34,218 bases of DNA. Origin: a virus. Each line of letters begins with the position of its first letter. The first letter of the stretch is position 1. A program made the translations under genes and the position numbers. Below are positions 17,931 to 25,674 of this stretch, piece by piece. The notes under the pieces were generated by a model. The model did no database searches, was not told the origin of the DNA, and worked only from the letters and a program-made list of their open reading frames with translations. Location of the stretch: positions 1 through 34,218 of the IMG/VR virus record IMGVR_UViG_3300006634_000003; one strand, written 5' to 3'.

Positions 17931-18089
17931 ATGAATCTTGAACAATACCAGAAGCAATTAGCATATATATTATACCCCACTGTATTCAACAAAAGAGATG
18001 AATACAAACAAATAGCAGACGAATATAATCAGTTAAACGAATGGTTAACGTTTCCTAAACAAAATGAAGCAAAAATTAATTTTGTTTAA
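17931..18089 (+). CDS. small hypothetical protein (52 aa), below the ORF-track cutoff
   Basis: MNLEQYQKQLAYILYPTVFNKRDEYKQIADEYNQLNEWLTFPKQNEAKINFV*; purine-rich GAGGA upstream. Confidence 0.55.
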   Translation: MNLEQYQKQLAYILYPTVFNKRDEYKQIADEYNQLNEWLTFPKQNEAKINFV

Positions 18090-18129
18090 TATAGCAAGAT
18101 TGATATGCCCTAAATTTAACTAATATACA

Positions 18130-18178
18130 TCTTTTTTAATTCATGAAAATTGTATTTTATTTGTGATTATTTAACTTT
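18130..18178 (+). promoter_or_regulatory. T-tract terminator plus putative BRE/TATA promoter for a leaderless peptidase transcript
   Basis: CTTTTTT at 18131-18137; GAAAA then TGTATTTTAT about 20-30 nt upstream of ATG 18179; no SD. Confidence 0.4.
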
Positions 18179-18694
18179 ATGCAATTGATAACTATCGCCA
18201 AAGCTTTGCATGACCTTTCTCTTGCTATGGGTTATGAATGTCCGGTAACAGTTCCAGAATGGGTAAAATTTTCACACCAGAAATTTGATAAAAGAATAAA
18301 TAATAGTGAATTTAGGGAGCTTGTGAGGGAACAACTGGATTCTCTAAATGATATTACTTACTGGTTACCTGACGGGCATTATAAGCTTGTGCATAAAGAA
18401 CATTTTGAACGCTGGCTTGCTCTCAATCCTACCGATAAAAGAAAATATGTAAAGACCGTACACGATTGCGACGATTTCGAATCCATTTTGAGTGGTGATG
18501 TAAATGAATGGGATTCTGATCTTGCCTTTGGCGGTGTGTGGGTAGTTTATAAAAATTCAGACGGTGACTGGTGTGGTCATGCAGTAAACTTTTTTATAGA
18601 TATGGAATATAATATATGGTTTGTCGAACCCCAAACAGACGATATTTTCAGACCACCATCCGGATGGAAAGTTACCAAAATGAGGCTTGGTTAA
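18179..18694 (+). CDS. papain/transglutaminase-like cysteine peptidase (MOA agglutinin C-terminal-like), candidate lysin
   Basis: DCDDFE..GHAVN..WFVEPQTD gives a Cys-His-Glu triad pattern. Confidence 0.7.
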   Translation: MQLITIAKALHDLSLAMGYECPVTVPEWVKFSHQKFDKRINNSEFRELVREQLDSLNDITYWLPDGHYKLVHKEHFERWLALNPTDKRKYVKTVHDCDDFESILSGDVNEWDSDLAFGGVWVVYKNSDGDWCGHAVNFFIDMEYNIWFVEPQTDDIFRPPSGWKVTKMRLG

Positions 18695-18696
18695 GT

Positions 18697-18957
18697 ATGC
18701 AACTTGAGGAAGATGACTCTCTCAAAGAGGCAATTATAAAGATTTCAAGTACCCTTGACCTTATGCGTATGCGGATGGATCAAATTGAAGAAGTGGGTGG
18801 AGATCATGAAATAAGGTTGCGGACAAAGGAATCCGCACCCTGCCCACATCCGGATATTGTGAATCAGGTAACAGCCTTACGTATAAAACAATATGGCATA
18901 ATAATTATTCTAGCAGTAATTATCTATGTAGAATTTGGAATTATGCTTCCAATTTAA
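18697..18957 (+). CDS. coiled-coil plus C-terminal TM protein (XhlA/holin-like)
   Basis: Start reassigned to ATG 18697, just after the peptidase stop; C-terminal YGIIIILAVIIYVEFGIMLPI. Confidence 0.65.
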   Translation: MQLEEDDSLKEAIIKISSTLDLMRMRMDQIEEVGGDHEIRLRTKESAPCPHPDIVNQVTALRIKQYGIIIILAVIIYVEFGIMLPI

Positions 18958-19038
18958 AAAGAGCATATCTTTCTTTTTTGTCCTTATGTTTGGTCTCAAA
19001 GATACAGAAAAAGTTAAGGACGTGGCTCCTCTTGCCCG
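18958..19038. terminator. convergence point of the late (+) and replication (-) transcription units
   Basis: TCTTTCTTTTTTG at about 18968-18980 on +, between convergent stops. Confidence 0.5.
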
Positions 19039-19293
19039 TCAGAGCCATGCGTCAAGGGAGTTCTTGGGCTTCTCCGGAGGTTCCGTCTTGATGGGTGGGG
19101 TATATTGAGGTTCTACATAAAAAGGTTTGGAATTTGAATCTTCGGGTTCAAAAAGGGCAAGGAGGTCGTAACCTGCCATTGTGCCCTTCCCTATAACCTT
19201 GTTCTCATTACCAAGGACATGGAATCTTACGCCATATCCTATCTGTTCCACCACATCTATTCGATTGCCAGTTCTCTTTTCTATGTGAATCAT
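19039..19293 (-). CDS. hypothetical protein (84 aa)
   Basis: ATGA overlap with the upstream helicase gene. Confidence 0.65.
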   Translation of the reverse strand: MIHIEKRTGNRIDVVEQIGYGVRFHVLGNENKVIGKGTMAGYDLLALFEPEDSNSKPFYVEPQYTPPIKTEPPEKPKNSLDAWL

Positions 19294-20594
19294 AATACCA
19301 ATCCAGGCAATAATGCATTAATGTTTGCCTTTTTGGGTTTAATCATTTTCACATTATTACCAACATTCTTTTCTTCAAAGTAATCCTTGTTGATAAGAGA
19401 TTTAATATGTGATCTGGCGGTACTTTCAGAAGTGTGAGTTGCCATGCCAAAGGAAGCCGACATTGCACGCAAACCAACCCAACCACCTTCTGCTGTGGAC
19501 ATCTTCTCGTATTCATCCATCAAAAGCTTGAGGTGTGTCTTCTCTTTCTGAACCCCGTCATCCTTCTGTCTTGTAGAAACTTCAAGGAGTGTGAGGATTG
19601 AAGCCATTGCAGGTTTTATCATAGTTTCATATGCATAGTTGATATCTTCATTTTTGATATTTGTCCTTCCATGCATTACTGCATGGTGACAGGCAATTAC
19701 ATACATTTGATTCTGATATCTAGGCACAAATCCATTATACAACTTCTGGATGGAATGTGAAGAATATATTGCAATATCATACAGGCTACGCACACGATTT
19801 TTCAGGAGTGGTTTTACTCTACTGAAATCAAAGGTAAGTTTCTTGCGTCCTGCGGTCTGAATCTTCTTCAAGTGTTTCATGATCTCATCATCATAATCCA
19901 CAATCTCGGAGTCTTCACCAAGATTATCAATATCCATCTGGGAATTGTTCACCCTGTCCTGATAAGTAAGTTCCTTGGGAACCATGAACATTCTGGGCAG
20001 GAGTCCGGTATGTACGACCAGAGATTCGAATTTTTCAGGCACGTAAGAGGTGAAGAAGAAACTGGAATGTACTGGAAGTTCAATGGGGTCTCCATGAGCA
20101 AGTTTCTTTTTGATAATATTTGATGGTGTGCCTATTGGATTCATTGCCATCTGGAAATACAACTTCATATTTTCATTGTTGTTATTTGTATTCAGCAGGA
20201 CTTCGGCTTCATCGAAATGAATAACATCCGAAGAGGCAAGAATACCTGGGCAATGTTCATATTCAGTTACCTTATCATTATATTCATTGTACTTGGTAAC
20301 CTGTTCTACGGTTCCCAAAAGTGCAGCATCCGTGGCTGCCCCTATCGAATTATGTTCCATACTCAAATCTTTCATGCAATTTACAATATAATCCAGTGCT
20401 ACGGACTTGCCGGAACCCGTATCCATCATTACCCATGGATGTATCCTACAATCTATAATCTGTCCTTTTTTCTTCACGCTCTGATATCTCAAACACTGTC
20501 CAATAATAAGGTGTAGGGCTGCACGCCCGAACAACCTATTATTATATGAATAGTCAGAGAATCTTTTATCCCAATATTCAATAAGTTCATGCAT
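19290..20594 (-). CDS. MCM-like AAA+ ATPase/helicase with C-terminal winged helix
   Basis: Walker A MDTGSGKS, ATDAALLG, Walker B HFDE, Arg finger GLLPRM, sensor-2-like PRYQ. Start reassigned to MHELIEY (20594), overlapping the nrdD stop. Confidence 0.7.
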   Translation of the reverse strand: MHELIEYWDKRFSDYSYNNRLFGRAALHLIIGQCLRYQSVKKKGQIIDCRIHPWVMMDTGSGKSVALDYIVNCMKDLSMEHNSIGAATDAALLGTVEQVTKYNEYNDKVTEYEHCPGILASSDVIHFDEAEVLLNTNNNNENMKLYFQMAMNPIGTPSNIIKKKLAHGDPIELPVHSSFFFTSYVPEKFESLVVHTGLLPRMFMVPKELTYQDRVNNSQMDIDNLGEDSEIVDYDDEIMKHLKKIQTAGRKKLTFDFSRVKPLLKNRVRSLYDIAIYSSHSIQKLYNGFVPRYQNQMYVIACHHAVMHGRTNIKNEDINYAYETMIKPAMASILTLLEVSTRQKDDGVQKEKTHLKLLMDEYEKMSTAEGGWVGLRAMSASFGMATHTSESTARSHIKSLINKDYFEEKNVGNNVKMIKPKKANINALLPGLVL

Positions 20595-22527
20595 CGTATG
20601 TTTCTCCCTCTGTATCGTAATGCTGTCTGTTTTTCCATTCGGTTTCCTTGGATGGATGGTACTTGGATATTCTCTCCACATATCCGGTTATCCTCTGCAT
20701 ATAATCCACAATTTCGGCTCCACATTTCGGGCATTCTTCGTGTTTGCCTATTGTACCATGTTCATTCCTACAAATGGAGAACACTGGAGACAGAGCAAAG
20801 TAACCAAGGTCTGTATTGCACATTTTTATAACAAGGTCTTTCACGCCTTCGGGGTGTGGTGAATTCTCTCCAATGAAGAAGAGCAAGATATTACCACCAT
20901 CACACAATTTATGGAAAGGAGCTTCAGCCATTATCTTCTCTGGCAGGGAAAGTCCATCATCATATGGTACGTGAGTGGCTGGTGCATATTCAAAATCATG
21001 ATCATCCGTTCCGTGGATGGACAGGGATGTCTTGTCGTCTCCATATTCCCGACGTATGTACTTGATATTGCCTCTCACCATGTGATTGTTGGAAGATTCA
21101 TTGGGTGGAGCTTCTATTCCCCATTGTGGAGCATCGGGTTCATCCATCCATGTAGATATTATGTCCTTGGTGAAATGAATAACTGCCTGTGCAAATTCAT
21201 TGCCCTGCTTGCCTTTCAATCCATTCTCGAATCCCATGTGGACAAGCATATCATGCAGGAAGGCTGTGCCTACCAGAAGTCTCCTCTTCTCCGGATCATA
21301 ATATTTGATTCCGGAAGGTGTTTCTTTTGCCAGCCAAGAGTTAATGCCCCATTCATAAATGGAATCCCTTACCATGTCCTGTAGGTTCTCTCCGGTTTCT
21401 TTAATGATCCGAAGCCTGTCGGTCAGAATTGTCATGAATTCCCTTTTCATAGTATCATAGAACAAGGTCTGGTACTTATCCTTATCCATGGTAACTATAT
21501 CACCGAACATTCCAGAATCCAGTTTGGCTTCGGCAATCTTACGGGCTTCATAACCGATAATTGCATAATTCATGGTTATTATCCTGTCGGAACCCGTGCC
21601 CATTTCTCCACCTGACCAAATACCACCCATGGTATCAAACTTGACTCTTACCCTGCAGCATTGGGAAGATACGCAATCTTCATCTCCACCATCTGCCTGC
21701 ATGTAATCCGGAGACAAATTTACAATATACAGAGAACCATTATGAGCCATAGTCTCGAAGGCTTCAGTCCACAATTGAGAATCCCAATCAGAATCAGGTG
21801 TGACTGTGGTGGCGACCAATGGATAGGTAAATGGTATTCCACCCTTCATGCCTTCTCTCAAGATTTCCATGAACACGGAGGCAATAATTTCTGCATATGC
21901 TTGTATACTTACATGGGAGTATGTAATTTTATGATCTTTATTTATTTCATCGTACAACCCTTTATCCCCATCAAATATGACCGGACGGTTTTGCAAGGGT
22001 TTCGGACATTCAAAGCGTATTCCTGTATTGATGAAAGGGGGTTTTCCACCAGTACGGGTTATTTGATTGCAATTGTAAAAGAACTTCTGGAGTTCCTGTT
22101 TGATTTCATTTCTTTCCAGTCTGTCGGCATATGCATAGGGAGCAAGGAACCAGTTCACCCAATCCATGGACTGTGCGCCTGCAAAATGTCCCTGCGAGTA
22201 CATAGCAAAGGAGTATAAGTGGTCGATGGCAGAACCGAGATGGGATGCTGGGTATGCCTTGAGGGTTGGTAAATCCAATCCTGCCGAGAGGGGGATTGTG
22301 GGATCGATACTGTTGCAGTATGGTCCAATCTGGTCTGAATCATGTACATATATCAAACCATCCTCGTGTGCCTGTTTGGCTTCTGGTGAAAGGAAATTAT
22401 TCATTATAAAATTACGTATTTCGTATGAACCAAAAAGGGTCATCATTTGCTGATGACTCCTTGATTCACTGGCATTGGACTTGTCTTCTGCCCCGTACAG
22501 ATATTCTTCAATCGTCAACTTAGTCAT
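20587..22527 (-). CDS. nrdD: anaerobic (class III) ribonucleoside-triphosphate reductase
   Basis: YVHD..PYC, GAQS, QCCR, C-terminal Zn site CRNEH..CPKCG and glycyl-radical motif QRITGY. Confidence 0.93.
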   Translation of the reverse strand: MTKLTIEEYLYGAEDKSNASESRSHQQMMTLFGSYEIRNFIMNNFLSPEAKQAHEDGLIYVHDSDQIGPYCNSIDPTIPLSAGLDLPTLKAYPASHLGSAIDHLYSFAMYSQGHFAGAQSMDWVNWFLAPYAYADRLERNEIKQELQKFFYNCNQITRTGGKPPFINTGIRFECPKPLQNRPVIFDGDKGLYDEINKDHKITYSHVSIQAYAEIIASVFMEILREGMKGGIPFTYPLVATTVTPDSDWDSQLWTEAFETMAHNGSLYIVNLSPDYMQADGGDEDCVSSQCCRVRVKFDTMGGIWSGGEMGTGSDRIITMNYAIIGYEARKIAEAKLDSGMFGDIVTMDKDKYQTLFYDTMKREFMTILTDRLRIIKETGENLQDMVRDSIYEWGINSWLAKETPSGIKYYDPEKRRLLVGTAFLHDMLVHMGFENGLKGKQGNEFAQAVIHFTKDIISTWMDEPDAPQWGIEAPPNESSNNHMVRGNIKYIRREYGDDKTSLSIHGTDDHDFEYAPATHVPYDDGLSLPEKIMAEAPFHKLCDGGNILLFFIGENSPHPEGVKDLVIKMCNTDLGYFALSPVFSICRNEHGTIGKHEECPKCGAEIVDYMQRITGYVERISKYHPSKETEWKNRQHYDTEGETYDA

Positions 22528-23573
22528 TCTTGATTTCTCCTATCTATCATTGCTTGCGGAGATTTACCGGTGCTTATCAGGTCGAATTTAATACCGAAAT
22601 GATCTTCCACATCCTCTATCCACTGCTGGCTTTCAGGACTTAGTTCGGAGTAGGAAGTTGCACCAATGTTCCCCTTAAATAAATAATCTGCGAACATCAG
22701 AGCAAACTTATTCGGCTGATTAATATTCAGGGCTTCCCATATATCTGTCTTGGAAAATTCAAAGACACGACGAACACGGTTGGTGACTGTTGTTCTTTCA
22801 TTTACAGAATCCAGACCGCTCCTTTCACAGACAATACCCCAATCAATTTCATCGGCTCCGGTATCTCCGGAATTTCCGGCTACCCTGATCGGATAAACCC
22901 TCATGACACCCCAGATATCTCCGGCAAGTTTGGGTGAGATTCCACAATCGGAGAAGAATCCAGATACATTACAATCTCTGGAGGTACATTTGGGATAGTG
23001 GTGAGATGTAGTTAAGGACAAATGACACCCCTGCGTGCCTTCAATACATACCTTACCACTCATGGCATGTGCGTTGATAATAGGTATGGTATCACAAATT
23101 GTTGCGAATTGCTTGAGTTCCGGTACTTCATGGGCTTTTCTGACCTTGCCCTGTCTCTGAATCTTTTCTACAGTGCAGGCACCAATACCTTCTTGTGTTG
23201 AACCGATCTTCTGGAACATGCCTTTCTGGGATTCAGCTTCGGCATGACGGTGTTCTCCGACAGTTACCCTACTATCAATAAAGAGCCTGCTACGAATGTC
23301 CGTGATTCCGGCTTCTTCAATCATCTTGATTTCTTTTTCAAGAATGTCTGCTCTGATCATTCCACCTGCGCCAATGACAATTATTATATTGGGATTTATC
23401 CACTGACAGGGAATGGTCTGCATTTTATAATGCTTACCTTTATATGTCAGGGTATGACCAGCTTGCCATGCCCCAACCCTTACGCATGCGTCATACTCAT
23501 TTGCAAGGTGTGCAGATATCTTTCCTTTTCCTTCTGAACCATACTGTAATCCAACTATTGAATCTACTGGCAT
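22524..23573 (-). CDS. purZ: PurZ/PurZ0-like 2-amino-deoxyadenylosuccinate synthetase (adenylosuccinate synthetase superfamily)
   Basis: GLQYGSEGKG (Ser where PurA has catalytic Asp), QAGHT, EGTQG, YPKCTSRD, YPIRVAGNSG, ERTTVTNRVRRVFEFS, MFAD. Confidence 0.8.
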   Translation of the reverse strand: MPVDSIVGLQYGSEGKGKISAHLANEYDACVRVGAWQAGHTLTYKGKHYKMQTIPCQWINPNIIIVIGAGGMIRADILEKEIKMIEEAGITDIRSRLFIDSRVTVGEHRHAEAESQKGMFQKIGSTQEGIGACTVEKIQRQGKVRKAHEVPELKQFATICDTIPIINAHAMSGKVCIEGTQGCHLSLTTSHHYPKCTSRDCNVSGFFSDCGISPKLAGDIWGVMRVYPIRVAGNSGDTGADEIDWGIVCERSGLDSVNERTTVTNRVRRVFEFSKTDIWEALNINQPNKFALMFADYLFKGNIGATSYSELSPESQQWIEDVEDHFGIKFDLISTGKSPQAMIDRRNQE

Positions 23574-23575
23574 TT

Positions 23576-24136
23576 TTACTCTCCGTGTTGTTCTATAATT
23601 TCTCTGATCGCCTGATGAACGTCCATGATTGATTGATTACCATCTACCTTGTGATAAATTGGCATAAGTTGCCTACCAATCATGTAATTCGCCAGCCTCT
23701 CGTACTCTTCTTTTACTCTTTCTTGGAACTCGACCTTGCCATATATATCGTCTTCGGTAACAAACGGGGTACCCGTAAGAATAATCACGATATCTGTTTT
23801 GATATATGAATCAATAAGGTGATTAATCCTGTGTAGCCACTCCTCATCAAGTCCTTCAGCAATACCATAAGCGATGCCTGACTGGTACCACCTGTCGAAG
23901 ATTACCAGACCATCTGTTTGGTTTATCTTATGTTGTGTCTCAATCTTATTCAAGGTCATTAATGCCTGAAAAGACACAGGTTCATAGGGTAGGACTTTAT
24001 TCAGGATTTCCCTGATTACCTTACCACTATAAAAATCCTCATCTGGGTACTTTACTTTTTTGGCTCCCATTCCTACAAGCAAATCTGCCTGTGTGGTCTT
24101 TCCTATTTTATCTGGTCCTTCAATTACTACACGCAT
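23576..24136 (-). CDS. tmk: thymidylate-kinase-family dNMP kinase
   Basis: VIEGPDKIGKTTQ P-loop; KYPD; FDRWYQSGIAYG; VDGNQSIMDV. Confidence 0.9.
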   Translation of the reverse strand: MRVVIEGPDKIGKTTQADLLVGMGAKKVKYPDEDFYSGKVIREILNKVLPYEPVSFQALMTLNKIETQHKINQTDGLVIFDRWYQSGIAYGIAEGLDEEWLHRINHLIDSYIKTDIVIILTGTPFVTEDDIYGKVEFQERVKEEYERLANYMIGRQLMPIYHKVDGNQSIMDVHQAIREIIEQHGE

Positions 24137-24140
24137 ATTA

Positions 24141-24557
24141 TTACCTCTTTATATAATCTGCAAGTCCGGTGGGTGTCAGTAGGAAAGGTACTCCATTAGT
24201 AGTCAGACCGGAGACATAATTGTCCCTTAGGAGTTTACTTTCCCTCATTACTTCTTCCACATAAGCAGGAGTTTTGAATGCTTCAACAGACATAGGCACA
24301 TATACTGTTTTCTCAAAGTTGAATTTTCCATTCATCTTGTACAAGAGGCATTTGATAGGTACTTCGGGTTTCCTCAATTCATCGAAGATGGGTTTTATTC
24401 TATCTTCAACTTGTTTCAAGAAGTAGAAGATTTCTTCATCACCAAAATTTACTGTAGCACCATGAGTATCTGTAACTGTCAGGTGTATGTAGTTGTTTTC
24501 GGGATTGTCATCCCTCATCTTTCCAATGCTCATTTCAATGTTTCCTGATTCTACCAT
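24141..24557 (-). CDS. hypothetical protein (138 aa)
   Basis: SD AGGTGA; in operon. Confidence 0.7.
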   Translation of the reverse strand: MVESGNIEMSIGKMRDDNPENNYIHLTVTDTHGATVNFGDEEIFYFLKQVEDRIKPIFDELRKPEVPIKCLLYKMNGKFNFEKTVYVPMSVEAFKTPAYVEEVMRESKLLRDNYVSGLTTNGVPFLLTPTGLADYIKR

Positions 24558-24562
24558 TTAAA

Positions 24563-24679
24563 TCACCTTTTCGATCTCTTATCTTTATGTCTTCTTTGTC
24601 TTTCGTGGTAGGCTGGTATGTTCGGCTTGATGGGGATGAGGGAGCGTAAAGAGCGTATCTTCTCTTTGCTTTCCAGCAT
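24563..24679 (-). CDS. small basic protein (38 aa), below the ORF-track cutoff
   Basis: MLESKEKIRSLRSLIPIKPNIPAYHERQRRHKDKRSKR*; SD AGGTGAG; its stop is embedded in the next gene's SD. Confidence 0.55.
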   Translation of the reverse strand: MLESKEKIRSLRSLIPIKPNIPAYHERQRRHKDKRSKR

Positions 24680-24711
24680 ATCTCTCACCTTATGCCAGCC
24701 TGCGCTGTGTC

Positions 24712-25674
24712 TTAGTCTTTATATTCATAAGGACAAGGGTTGTCAGGAGTATCTGTACAGTATCCCATATCCTTAATCCTATGACAATTATAACACACCA
24801 TTGCTCTGTCGTATATTATATCTAACTGCCCTTCGGCAATGCAATGATTGTATTTTTCAGGATTCCAGACCTTACTCAAATATTGAGCAATGGCATCCTT
24901 GGAGTATGCAAGTTCTACAAGAGAGGATATAATAATAAAACGTTGCCTGTTGTCCGGATTTGGACCGCACATCATACAATTTTTATTTATATCTTCCTTG
25001 CGTACTTCAATATCATCCAGATCGATGTCTTTGGTATTATGTACCTTGTATTCTTCATCGAACTTGGACAGGTCGATACTCTTGCTTCCCACAAACATTC
25101 CCGAAGACAAGGGTTGTTGTTTTTTCGCCAGCGACCTTAGGGCTTGTAGGTCAAGCTCACGAAATTGTTGATCTGTTAAAGGAATACAAAAACACTGGGC
25201 TCCACCATTCCACGTATTAATCATTCTGACATGCTGGTTGGCATTTACACCTACAGCATCATCTTTCATAATACCAGCATTACTTTGAATGTATTGCATG
25301 GCGTTTTTAATGGAAGCGGTGGGATACTGTATAGGTTTAGAATTGGTGGTGGTACACGACAAAACTATGTGGAGACCGCTTCCAGAAAGAATACGAAGTC
25401 TCTTCACATCATAGTCTTCTAAGAACCTATCGAGTTTACGTGCTTCTTCCAGTGGGTTATACCCTTTATCCGGATCAAAGTCAAATAACAATTTATCAAC
25501 CATTGCGGTCTCATAGACCGGTTTCCCATTATTGAGCCAGCCATAAGAATAAAGTGAAGTGCTTACCATATTGGATTTACCATTATGGGCATTCACGTAA
25601 TCTCTCAATTCTTCCCATGAATGAACTATTCTTCTTTTACGGGAAACTTCTCTGGGAAATGAATTGTATAGCAT
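24712..25674 (-). CDS. priS: archaeo-eukaryotic primase (PriS catalytic domain fused to a PriL-like Cys-rich C-terminal domain)
   Basis: LFDFD (motif I), SGSGLH (motif II), RMINT (motif III); C-terminal C..NPDNRQRF..YNC..I..GYC..CP. Confidence 0.8.
   Translation of the reverse strand: MLYNSFPREVSRKRRIVHSWEELRDYVNAHNGKSNMVSTSLYSYGWLNNGKPVYETAMVDKLLFDFDPDKGYNPLEEARKLDRFLEDYDVKRLRILSGSGLHIVLSCTTTNSKPIQYPTASIKNAMQYIQSNAGIMKDDAVGVNANQHVRMINTWNGGAQCFCIPLTDQQFRELDLQALRSLAKKQQPLSSGMFVGSKSIDLSKFDEEYKVHNTKDIDLDDIEVRKEDINKNCMMCGPNPDNRQRFIIISSLVELAYSKDAIAQYLSKVWNPEKYNHCIAEGQLDIIYDRAMVCYNCHRIKDMGYCTDTPDNPCPYEYKD

Noticed and set aside
22524-23573. Ordinary purA auxiliary metabolic gene for AMP synthesis
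   Set aside because: The catalytic Asp of PurA is replaced by Ser and the motifs match PurZ-type enzymes. This is disfavoured rather than excluded until the enzyme is assayed.
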